Of a DNA stretch of 64,000 nt, positions 17,151-26,400 are shown piece after piece. Where the stretch lies: positions 427,030 through 491,029 of the IMG/VR virus record IMGVR_UViG_3300034072_000758. One strand, 5' to 3'. Source of the DNA: a virus. The notes beneath the pieces were generated by a model, which was not told the DNA's origin, made no database searches, and was given only the letters and a program-made list of their open reading frames with translations. The first letter of the stretch is position 1; each line of letters begins with the position of its first letter. The position numbers and the translations under genes were made by a program.

Positions 17151-17270
17151 ATGGAATTTCAGTTCAATAAAGATAAGGCAATGGGATTGTGCGTCACCAT
17201 TGGAGGCTCCATATTGGGGTGGAGCCTCATTGGTTTGGCAATCTATCTGGCAGTTACGCAGCTAACTTAG
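17151..17270 (+). CDS. small single-TM protein (39 aa, MEFQFNKDKAMGLCVTIGGSILGWSLIGLAIYLAVTQLT); holin-like size but unproven
   Basis: Own promoter and RBS GAGGAAAAAG. Convergent with, and overlapping, the 3' end of the endolysin gene. Confidence 0.3.
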   Translation: MEFQFNKDKAMGLCVTIGGSILGWSLIGLAIYLAVTQLT

Positions 17271-17886
17271 ACAGTTTAGCGAAGTAAGCCTTTCGGTCAT
17301 CGAGACCATTTTTACCGCCATTGATCAGCTTGGTAACAGCTTCAATGTTGTTATTGTCAGCGGCGGCGTTGATCTTGCGATCCGACCAGTACAGACAAGC
17401 CAGCGTCACGGAAATATCTGGCTGCGCGGCTATCTCTGGGTTCTTGGCCAGATCGATACCGATGCGTTTACCGAACTTGACGTAATTGAAATAGCCAGTC
17501 AATTGGAAGATACCGCGTCCGCGATACTTTGGACCCATGCCTACAGCATTGTTACCGAGGTCTTTGCGAAAATCGTACTTTTGAAGATAGTCGTCAAAAC
17601 CATCCTTATTGGCATCCTTACCCGACCCCAATTCGCTGAAATAACGGAAGCCTGACGTTTCGTGCGCGGCTTGAGCTAAGAAATGGAAAATACGTAATTG
17701 TGTATTGATCTCATATTTCTTAAGTTCAACGGCCATAGAACGACCCAAAAGAACACTGGTCGATCCGAGATTCTTACCGACCATATAATTTATTAATGCT
17801 GTAAAAGTCTTTGGTCCCAAATCACCATCAACGATGATTCCAGCACCAGCCAAGTTCAATTTGGCTTGAATTGCTTTAACGTCCAT
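17254..17886 (-). CDS. endolysin: N-terminal peptidoglycan-binding domain + GH19 (chitinase-like) lysozyme domain
   Basis: PG_binding-like N-terminus (IVDGDLGPKTFTAL). GH19 signatures FLAQAAHETSGF and RGRGIFQLTGYFNY. Confidence 0.75.
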   Translation of the reverse strand: MDVKAIQAKLNLAGAGIIVDGDLGPKTFTALINYMVGKNLGSTSVLLGRSMAVELKKYEINTQLRIFHFLAQAAHETSGFRYFSELGSGKDANKDGFDDYLQKYDFRKDLGNNAVGMGPKYRGRGIFQLTGYFNYVKFGKRIGIDLAKNPEIAAQPDISVTLACLYWSDRKINAAADNNNIEAVTKLINGGKNGLDDRKAYFAKLSKLAA

Positions 17887-17948
17887 TTCAATATCTCCAT
17901 AAAATGTGTTTTAGATAGAATATTTATCGCCAGATAGCTTGACAGACT

Positions 17949-17976
17949 GGATATATTTGATATGCTGTCAACATAT
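17949..17976 (+). promoter_or_regulatory. sigma70-like promoter TTGACA-N16-TATGCT
   Basis: Seen directly. It overlaps the ORF-track start at 17962, which favours the downstream start at 18004. Confidence 0.45.
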
Positions 17977-18003
17977 CGTCATTCACTAGAAGGATCACAA
18001 AAT

Positions 18004-18714
18004 ATGCTGTTTAACAACGATGTTAAAGCCGCCAAGGTTGCCAAGCCGTCTTCGAAGCCCAAGGCTGTCGAAGTGGCCCTGCCGGGTATGCTTCAACTGG
18101 CTCGCCTCGATGCTCTGATCAAAAGCTTCGCCGGTCTGAAAGCCAAGGTCGAGAGCAAGGTTAAGGACAGCATGACCGACTATTTCGTCCGCGTCGGCAT
18201 GGAACTGTCTAAGCAACCGGAAAACTTCAAGGGTATCGAAGGTCTGGCCAACGGCTCGTGCCAACTCAAGATTCGTTCGACGGCTTCCTATCTGACCGAC
18301 GAAGAACGCGCTCTGCTGGATGCGCACAAGATTTCGACCGTGAAGGTCACATCGCAAGTCGAAACCTTCATTATCAATCCGGCCTACGGCACCAACATGG
18401 AAATTCTGTCCAAGGTCAGCGCCCTTCTCGAAGCGGCTGCGGAAGCTGGTGAAATTCCGTCCGACCTGTTCCAGAAGCAAGATGCCGTCGAGTCCTATGT
18501 CGTGGACAAGGACGCCATCAACCAAGTCTTCGCCCTTAAGGGTGGAAAAAAGCCCGGTGACCGCGAACGTCTGATCCGCGCTCTGCTGCCGGTCGTTTCG
18601 AGCCTCGCCGTCAAGACGACTATCGAAGAAGATGATCTGGAAAAGAACATCAGCGAGTTCGGTGGTCTGGTCCGCGAAGCCAAGGCTGTCGCCACTGCTG
18701 TCGCTGCGGTATAA
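18004..18714 (+). CDS. hypothetical protein (236 aa, Ala/Lys-rich)
   Basis: ORF 17962..18714 trimmed to the ATG with an AAGGA RBS. The antisense ORF 17995..18747 is rejected. Confidence 0.55.
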   Translation: MLFNNDVKAAKVAKPSSKPKAVEVALPGMLQLARLDALIKSFAGLKAKVESKVKDSMTDYFVRVGMELSKQPENFKGIEGLANGSCQLKIRSTASYLTDEERALLDAHKISTVKVTSQVETFIINPAYGTNMEILSKVSALLEAAAEAGEIPSDLFQKQDAVESYVVDKDAINQVFALKGGKKPGDRERLIRALLPVVSSLAVKTTIEEDDLEKNISEFGGLVREAKAVATAVAAV

Positions 18715-19337
18715 TGGACTATTCCGATTGGCAATTCCTCTACCCACCTCGTCCCGACATCGCTATCCCCAAAGCTCTTTTGGGATCGTACGAAAAGGAC
18801 GGGTGGGTTGCTCAAGTCAAGCTAAATGGTACATGTTCGGTGATGGGTATAGCCCCTCACCGAGGTTCCATGAAAGCATGGAACAGGCATGGTGAAACTC
18901 ATTCCGCGTGGCAACCATCGAGTATCAACCTGAATGCGTTTCAAAATCTTCCGGGTGATGGGTATTACGTCTTCGTGGCGGAACTTCTTCATTCGAAGGG
19001 TAACTACAAGAATATCAACTATATCCACGATATTCTTGTGGCGGATGGCGACTTTCTGCTGGGTTACACCATGACGGAACGCCAAGACCTTCTTCAATCC
19101 CTGTTCCCGACCGAAGATACCGGGTCCGTAAGCCATACTGTAATTGACGACAATACATGGCTGGTGAAGAACCACACGACCGGATTTTCCAGTCTGTTTG
19201 ATAATCTGGATGATGACGCTTACGAGGGTTTGGTTATGAAACAGCCGAACAAAGCTCTGGCGTTTTGCCTGAAAGAAAAATCGAACTCGGATGGCCAAGT
19301 CAAGTGCCGCCGCCCATCTAAGAACTATCACTTCTAA
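18714..19337 (+). CDS. minimal ATP-dependent RNA ligase-like nucleotidyltransferase (Rnl2-like adenylyltransferase domain only, 207 aa)
   Basis: Covalent nucleotidyltransferase motifs: I VKLNGTC (compare Rnl2 KIHGTN), III-like YVFVAELL, IV EGLVMK, V CLKEK. Confidence 0.55.
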   Translation: MDYSDWQFLYPPRPDIAIPKALLGSYEKDGWVAQVKLNGTCSVMGIAPHRGSMKAWNRHGETHSAWQPSSINLNAFQNLPGDGYYVFVAELLHSKGNYKNINYIHDILVADGDFLLGYTMTERQDLLQSLFPTEDTGSVSHTVIDDNTWLVKNHTTGFSSLFDNLDDDAYEGLVMKQPNKALAFCLKEKSNSDGQVKCRRPSKNYHF

Positions 19338-19340
19338 TAC

Positions 19341-19368
19341 TTGACATATCCCGCTTTTATTGTATGAT
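19341..19368 (+). promoter_or_regulatory. sigma70-like promoter TTGACA-N16-TATGAT
   Basis: Seen directly upstream of the gene at 19392 (RBS TAGGAG). Confidence 0.5.
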
Positions 19369-19391
19369 ATGCTTATATTATATGTAGGAGA

Positions 19392-19685
19392 ATGAATATG
19401 TCGAACAATACGGTTGCGGCTGGTGGTGATAAAATCCTCAAGGATGGCATGTATGCTATCAGGTTAGGTGATGCCTATAAGATCAACGAAATCCCAAATT
19501 CGGGGGTGGGGCCGAACGGTCGCTACAAAAAATTCAGTGTAATGGGGAGCAAGTACAGCTTCGAAGGCTTTAGCCTTGAACATACTGGCATCCTGCGCGA
19601 AGTTTATGAAACCCAAGATGAAGCGCTTGCGGTAGTCAAACAAAGAAAGGCAGAGCATGAAAGTCGGCGACAAGGTTTGGTTTAA
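19392..19685 (+). CDS. hypothetical protein
   Basis: 97-aa ORF. Confidence 0.5.
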   Translation: MNMSNNTVAAGGDKILKDGMYAIRLGDAYKINEIPNSGVGPNGRYKKFSVMGSKYSFEGFSLEHTGILREVYETQDEALAVVKQRKAEHESRRQGLV

Positions 19686-20082
19686 ACCCAAGAAATGTTA
19701 TGTGATCATCGACTTCATTGAAGACGATTACGTAGAAGTTCGATACGGGACCACCGGGTCTACCGTGGAGACTACTCTGGCGAGCTTGACCGAAAAGTCG
19801 CCAGACGACATTATCAACGATTTCGACCGAGACATTCATGACGCTTTGGGCGAGATCGCGGCTAAGAATGCGTTCGAATTTTATCTTCGCAGAAACCCGG
19901 ACCTGATCAAGCAAATTGAAAAGGTCTATGACGCGGATCGTGAAAAATTCAAAGAGTTGGGCGTTACCGCAAATTCTTTGTCTGAAATGCCGTTCATGGC
20001 CCGCCTGAATGTCATGGGGGTGTATCTGAACATGAACGCTCGCGCTCTTATCGCTGGATCGATCTATGGGGACTTGTCTTGA
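19657..20082 (+). CDS. hypothetical protein
   Basis: 141-aa ORF. Confidence 0.5.
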   Translation: MKVGDKVWFKPKKCYVIIDFIEDDYVEVRYGTTGSTVETTLASLTEKSPDDIINDFDRDIHDALGEIAAKNAFEFYLRRNPDLIKQIEKVYDADREKFKELGVTANSLSEMPFMARLNVMGVYLNMNARALIAGSIYGDLS

Positions 20083-20450
20083 CCCGTAATGACCTAATCC
20101 AGCGTGTCAAGGGATTTCGGGGCAACAAGGCGGATAAAGCCCGCTGGGATGCCGTGACCACGGCTTTAGCCGTTGCGAAGAAATGGCCAACCGACATCCC
20201 ATTCCCTGTAGCGAAGATCGACGGTTACGGAATCGTCACATTCAAAGTAAAGCGAAATGATGCTGTCATAGGACGCATTGTTTTCAACGGCACCGACATG
20301 CTGTTTTCAGCCGGTGATACCGAAACGGCGAAGCGCGAAGATAATCTCCAAACAATTTTCGATGCTTTCATGCTGATCATGAATCCCCCACCGAAGACAG
20401 CCGGACAAAAACTCTCAGACTTTAAATCGAGATATTTGTCCACAGTCTAA
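20079..20450 (+). CDS. hypothetical protein
   Basis: 123-aa ORF with an ATGA overlap. Confidence 0.5.
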   Translation: MTRNDLIQRVKGFRGNKADKARWDAVTTALAVAKKWPTDIPFPVAKIDGYGIVTFKVKRNDAVIGRIVFNGTDMLFSAGDTETAKREDNLQTIFDAFMLIMNPPPKTAGQKLSDFKSRYLSTV

Positions 20451-20457
20451 ATAAAGT

Positions 20458-21048
20458 ATGACTTTAATTCCAAAAAATGTTCTCATGGGAAAATCCCCGG
20501 AGAATGTCGTACTGAACAAAGCTCGCCAAGATAAAACATTAGCGACAATCGTTGATAGTCTGGCATCAATGACCTTACAGGACATTGATGCTTTGTCGTA
20601 TATGAAATATATCAAAGATGGCCTGAAAAAAATAAAGACCAATATGGTGGATGCCCCAGCATCATTTACAACATATGATATGATCGAAGCATTTGTTTCT
20701 TGGAGCACCGTTCCCGATGTTTTAGGCCACTGCTATACCTATTTGGGAGACACCACCTTTGTTCCAGTTGGTAATGGTCGCACTTCTTTGGAAATAAAAT
20801 ACGGCGATTTGTTCTTCTGTCCGTTCGAGGGTGGTATCTGGATCGATACCATTTTCTCTGAAAAAATACCCAGCTTGGCCAAGAAAGACGATGGCGTCGT
20901 GGCGTTTATGGAATACAAAAAGCGCGTCCGAGATCGTATGAATGAATCTGTAAATGGGTCCGGCGTTATTTTTGACAGTCATTCAGACAAAAGGGGCGAC
21001 ACCATAAGCATCGCCCCAAATATCAATTTCACTATACAACGCTTTTAG
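20458..21048 (+). CDS. hypothetical protein
   Basis: 196-aa ORF. Confidence 0.5.
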   Translation: MTLIPKNVLMGKSPENVVLNKARQDKTLATIVDSLASMTLQDIDALSYMKYIKDGLKKIKTNMVDAPASFTTYDMIEAFVSWSTVPDVLGHCYTYLGDTTFVPVGNGRTSLEIKYGDLFFCPFEGGIWIDTIFSEKIPSLAKKDDGVVAFMEYKKRVRDRMNESVNGSGVIFDSHSDKRGDTISIAPNINFTIQRF

Positions 21049-21968
21049 TAACGGAACCAAACATCGCCCTCATTACCTCCCGATGGCGCGTTAGGGGAAA
21101 CGGTAACAGCATAAGATGTCGAAGCACCGCCATTGAAAGAACGAATAGTCTTTTGGTTCACAACCGAAGACAAATAGTCATACTCGTTCTTACGTACTGG
21201 TTGATCCCCGCCATTTGCTTCTGGTAGACCGGTGATACGATTACCATTCATGTTCAGTGTGCCGGACATTGTGTCCCCGGCCTTGTGAACTACCAAAGAA
21301 TCATTGGCTGGGATGTATCCTAGAGCGTCAGTTACCTGAGTGCTATTGATCGAGGTCAATGCGTTTTGTGTAGGCGTATAACCCAAAGCATCAGTCACGT
21401 CTTGACTGGTCAGATTGACGTTCCCACCACGGTTATTGAATGAGGATACATACTGAGCCGGTCCACCGCCGTCACCGCCGTTGTTCGTGATCCCGGTGAT
21501 GATACCCTTTTCATTGACCGTAAAAGCTGGGGATGAATAAAAACCGGGCGCGTTGTTTTGAGAACCAGAAGCGCCACCAAGGGTCGTTGGGAGAGATACC
21601 GCGATAGAAACGTTAGCCGATCCATCAAACGATCCAGAACCGGAAACAGCGCCAGAAATAGCAATTGTGCGGGCCGTTGTCAGCTTGTCAGCGGATGCGG
21701 CTTGCTGTGATACTGAGGACCATGCGTTTGAACTATTATATACTTTGAGAACACCAACCGATGTATCCCACCAAAGGATACCCTTTCTAGGGTTAGCTGG
21801 GGCGGTTGGGCCAGCAAAGTTTTCAACCAAGCTCAAGAAGTTTTGAGCATAGTCATCACCCCAATTGATCGCATTTTTACCGACCAGAGCAATTGGGGCC
21901 GCGCTGGTGTTTACCGTCTCAGCATTGACGGTTACGTTTCCATTATTTGAGAATAAATTATAAGCCAT
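21045..21968 (-). CDS. tail fiber-like protein (Gly/Ser/Thr/Asn-rich with repeated ...VTDALGY(T/I)P... C-terminal repeats)
   Basis: Composition and repeats typical of fibers. Conserved fiber-like N-terminus (ILWWDTSVGVLKVYN). Confidence 0.5.
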   Translation of the reverse strand: MAYNLFSNNGNVTVNAETVNTSAAPIALVGKNAINWGDDYAQNFLSLVENFAGPTAPANPRKGILWWDTSVGVLKVYNSSNAWSSVSQQAASADKLTTARTIAISGAVSGSGSFDGSANVSIAVSLPTTLGGASGSQNNAPGFYSSPAFTVNEKGIITGITNNGGDGGGPAQYVSSFNNRGGNVNLTSQDVTDALGYTPTQNALTSINSTQVTDALGYIPANDSLVVHKAGDTMSGTLNMNGNRITGLPEANGGDQPVRKNEYDYLSSVVNQKTIRSFNGGASTSYAVTVSPNAPSGGNEGDVWFRY

Positions 21969-21979
21969 TCTACTCCCAA

Positions 21980-22567
21980 TTACGACATGTAAATTCTGAT
22001 AGTGTATGTGATTTCCAGAGTTCTGTTCAAGGATTTCTGGACCGGGTGGAAGATACAGTGTGTCAAGAGCTTACCAGCCCCGGCGATTGTTTCATAAGCC
22101 TTGAGACCAATTTCATCAAATACGTATGTACCTTCGGTTGTGCTCGACAAATCGGTAGCCATCTGATCGGCTGGCTCGGTAGCATTGAGCGTACAAACAA
22201 TCACAACATCTGAATAGATGGTGTTCTGAGCATGTTTCACGCGCATGTAGTTGTTTGTTGGATCGGTGTTCAGCGGAGACAAATCATTCACAACCTTACG
22301 ATAAGTTTGGTTATAGATTTGCGCCGTCTTACCGGTTACGTTCGGTGGAAAATATGTGACCGTGCCAATACCAGAAACTACCGACCCACCGTTTCCGAAA
22401 ACCATTTCATGAATGTTCCCGGTTGGACGGTTCGCCAGAGCCAAAGCAAGGGCTTCGCTCATATTTTCGAAATGGATACTGTTGAACTTATCCACCAAAA
22501 CTTCTTTAGTATTCGCGTCAACAATTTTGACATGTCCAACGAATTTCGTTCCAAGCTTATCATTCAT
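21980..22567 (-). CDS. hypothetical (probably structural) protein
   Basis: 195-aa ORF within the fiber gene block. Confidence 0.45.
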   Translation of the reverse strand: MNDKLGTKFVGHVKIVDANTKEVLVDKFNSIHFENMSEALALALANRPTGNIHEMVFGNGGSVVSGIGTVTYFPPNVTGKTAQIYNQTYRKVVNDLSPLNTDPTNNYMRVKHAQNTIYSDVVIVCTLNATEPADQMATDLSSTTEGTYVFDEIGLKAYETIAGAGKLLTHCIFHPVQKSLNRTLEITYTIRIYMS

Positions 22568-23273
22568 TTCGTTTACGCCCGCCGCCGCGTCCTTTACCTA
22601 TTTTGATAGTGACAAAACCATTTTTGGAATTGTAAACATCATAGAATTTTAAATCATTTTCTACACACCAAGATCGTAAGGCTGTTACCTTGACCGTATT
22701 ACCATCGGGTTTAGTAACAATCCAATTCAATGCGTTAGCATTATTTGCCCCGGATTGTGCTTCTCTCATCTTATTTATTGTGTTTTTCGAGTGCTTTTTA
22801 TCTTTTCGTTGTCTCGACCACAACTCACGAGTTTCGGGGCTTGGTATCCATCCAGTTCTCTTATAAATCATCGATCTTGGTTTGGAATGCTTCATCCCTT
22901 TTTTGCCACCACCCAATGATTTCTGCGTGATTACTCTATTTGTTAATATACCACCAGCATCTATACCAAAGCGACCAAACTCTTTTATCAATGCTATTTC
23001 TAAAGCGTAAGCATCATCGCTCAACATTAGCTCATTAATAAAAACGATTTCCGGTTCTACCCCGTCATCCAGCATTTGTTTCAATGCGTTATGCTTGAGT
23101 GAATTTAATCGCTTTACAGCGATCTCTCCCTTTGCTTCTCTTACATGCGAATAGCATCTATCATCGCAACCTTTGCCTATATACAATGGTTGGTGGCGTA
23201 ATAAATTATGATAAAAGTCTATTCGAGGATCACAAATAGCATAGACATAAAATCTATTCTGGTTCGTCCCCAT
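22560..23273 (-). mobile_element. freestanding GIY-YIG homing endonuclease gene
   Basis: N-terminal GIY-YIG motifs (FYVYAICDP...PLYIGKG...R...E), basic C-terminal DNA-binding region, inserted between fiber genes. Confidence 0.75.
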
Positions 23274-23412
23274 CGTCCTCTATCTCTGTTCTTACGAATA
23301 AATTTTGTACCAAAACTTCGGAAGTATCTTTATCTCTGATCACAAACTGATCATAGATTTTTGGCTTAGACATTTCGTTTGGTGTATCGCTCATTTGATA
23401 TTTATTTACTTT

Positions 23413-26400
23413 TTAAACACGATTTTGATCCGAGATGAATATTAATCCATCGTAGACCGGTGTGCCGGTGTCATAATAAGATTGCTCAAACTTTTTGATC
23501 AGATAAACGGTTGTTCCGAAGTTCGGGGCTTTCTTGAAATTGACAGTCAAGCCGCTCGAAGTCGTAGTCACCGTATAATCAACAGTGAAAGTCTTCGCAG
23601 AAAGGACAGGGAACCCCGTGTATCCATCGCTGGTGATCAGTGTTCCATTAGCATATACCAGAGGCTCATAGACCGCCACAGACAGCCCATCCATACTATT
23701 TACACCCATCATAGTGAAAGATTTGTTCGATCCATTCCCAGCAGCACTCACCTTGAATATACGCTCATTGCCGACCGAGGTATTATGTGTCCCGCGACGA
23801 AGACCAGACAATTCGGTAACGCCACCATTTACAGTGATATTATCGAACTCAATCCGCTCACCATTGATCCAAATAACGCCACAACGATCCTGCTGTGTTA
23901 TGCTGCCATCCAAAGCTTGAACGTCAATGACACGTGGGGGAATAAGATCGCCAGTTACCGACAGATAGATCGTGGAATTATTCAGATATAATGGTTGACT
24001 TAATGTTGCCACAGAAGATGTCATGTCAATAAGACGGAATGAATCTTCTCTCGCAACAAGAATTGGTATATCATTTTCTACGGCACCGACGACGCCAGTA
24101 TCGAACGAATATTCTTCCACTCCACCGGCATCATAGTCACCAGTTTCCTTTGGATTGAAGAGATCATATGCTGGTCTCGTCAAAGACAATTTATAGCTTT
24201 CTGGGGTGATCAGCGGTGCGTCAAACACGGTGACTACAATGTTCGGAATATATTCGTCGGTCGATGGTGGTATATAGTCCCCAATACGGATCACTACGCG
24301 GTGAAGTTTGTTGTATTCGTTCACCCCAAATGCTTCAAAAATATCCCCGGCTTGGTCCATAAACACAGTTGGCCCATGCTTACCATAGGTATAACGATCA
24401 GATGAAGTACCAGCAAACCAAGAAACTGTATCCAGAGTTGGTCCAGCTACGTTAGACATGTAAGTAAATTCAGCGGCCTGAGTGTCATACGTAACGACAT
24501 CAGCTTGAATAGCAAAACCAATGTTACTGTTATGAACTCCACCCATTTCTTTACGCATGACCAAACGATAAGTATCCGCGTCTAGCTTTTTCGTCGTAAA
24601 CAACTCAGTGTAACCTACGTTTACTGTGAAGTTATTATCCGAAGTATCGATTACGGTCCCATCAAAACAAAGATCGGTGTTGGCCATATATGAACCAAAG
24701 ATCGTATCGAATTGAGTATCGACGGTACACTCCGCCCCCGGAGTAGAGAACGGCACATACCCCATCCAACCATTAGGGTAAGCAAACATGTTATTCTTGA
24801 CGTGCGGGCAGATATTTGACCACGTTACCGAAGTGCCGCCATTGGCGATGTCGGCAGACACATATTCCTCGTGCGCGAACTGAACGCGGTTCTTGGATAT
24901 GTAGTAATAGTAACGCATTTCCATAGTACCATTTGCGTAGTTCGGTAAGATAACGCCTTTACCATCGTCTCGTCCCGCCATAACCAGCGTATAGCTATCA
25001 TTTAACCACTGTGTTGTATTGGCAATAACGGTATCATCAGTTGCGCTCGGAACATATACTTGATCATTCCATTGTGCTATTGGCGGAAGCTTGAATAGTT
25101 GTAAACGCGAAACGCTATATCCAGTGGTAGCAGACACAAAGAATGAACCGGTATCTTGATCAAGATGTATACAGTTTATGGATGGTCCAATACCAGTCAG
25201 ATCATTGATACGATAAACGATACCACCGACCCTCACAGGGACTTGGTTGACAGTATCGACTTCATACAAAATAAACCACGGGCTATACGAACCATATCCA
25301 GTAGGCACACAGCTACCACCCACCACAAAATAATTTGTATCTGGGATACCAACCGCAAACGTGATGGATTGATAGAAATCATGCGGGACCGATGATGCTG
25401 GACTATCCGCATGAATGGTTACGTTGGCCACGGACTCATATGTGATTGTGCCGGTATTCACGTTCTGGAAAGAGAATGTTGTATCATCATTTCTAAAACG
25501 AATAAACACGGCGGTCGATCCATCTAAAGACAAATGAATTGGTGTATGGCTCCAAACCGAACTTATATCAGCGCTGTTCGCAACGGCATTGGCCACGAAC
25601 AAATAAGCTTCGTCTTGTTCTTCCGGGTAAGGAATATCCAGCGGGTTAGCGGCATCCTGATAAACACCGTCCACACTAATCCAAGTGTATGTCGGCCCAT
25701 TTAGTGACAGAACAACAGAGTTTTCGTCATTCACCAGAGAAGTCGCCATACCAGCGGCATTTGGATCAGTCAGATAGGTGATTTGAATTTCATCCCCCGC
25801 CGACAACACGGCGGTCATCACAACCGATGATCCCGTTACCGTATATTCATCCGGGTTCAGGCGCAGACCGTTGACATCCACGAACAATGTCTCCGGTGCT
25901 TGACTATTGTTTCCAATCACATATGTCGAGTTCGCATGGTAATTAAACACTTCGATCTGAACATTCGCCCCAGCGGTCAATTCGCTGAAAGTTCTCAGCG
26001 TGATTGTGTCGGCTGGTGTATTTGAAATAACGACCGTTTTGTTCCCGTGATCGACTGAATACAGGCTTGGTGAAATACGCTTACCATCAGCAAATGGAAC
26101 AACGACATCCGCATTTTCAGTATAAGATACGAGGTGAACCGTTCCGTTGCTTAAGATGTCGTGATAGCCTTGTACTGGCATAGAAGCGCCGCCAGACATG
26201 AATACGTCAATACTCAAGGTATCGCTCACCGAAGGAGCAACCAACTCTTCTGGGTTATTGCGCTCCATCTGAAAGCCATCTTGTTCGTTGATAGTATCGT
26301 CGCCATCCTGATCGAGAATTGTAAAATCCTTTTCATCCGTGAATGATCCACCATCAATGCGATCATCCTTGATGCCAGTCAGCTTTTCGATGTTTGTTTC

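Noticed and set aside
17995-18747. 250-aa antisense ORF opposite the gene at 18004..18714, plus similar antisense ORFs (5102..5908, 31515..32693, 36407..37369, 57879..58877, 62402..63388)
   Set aside because: Each mirrors a longer or better-supported ORF with recognisable domains or an RBS on the other strand. They have low-complexity Arg/Gly-rich composition typical of antisense frames of GC-skewed genes.
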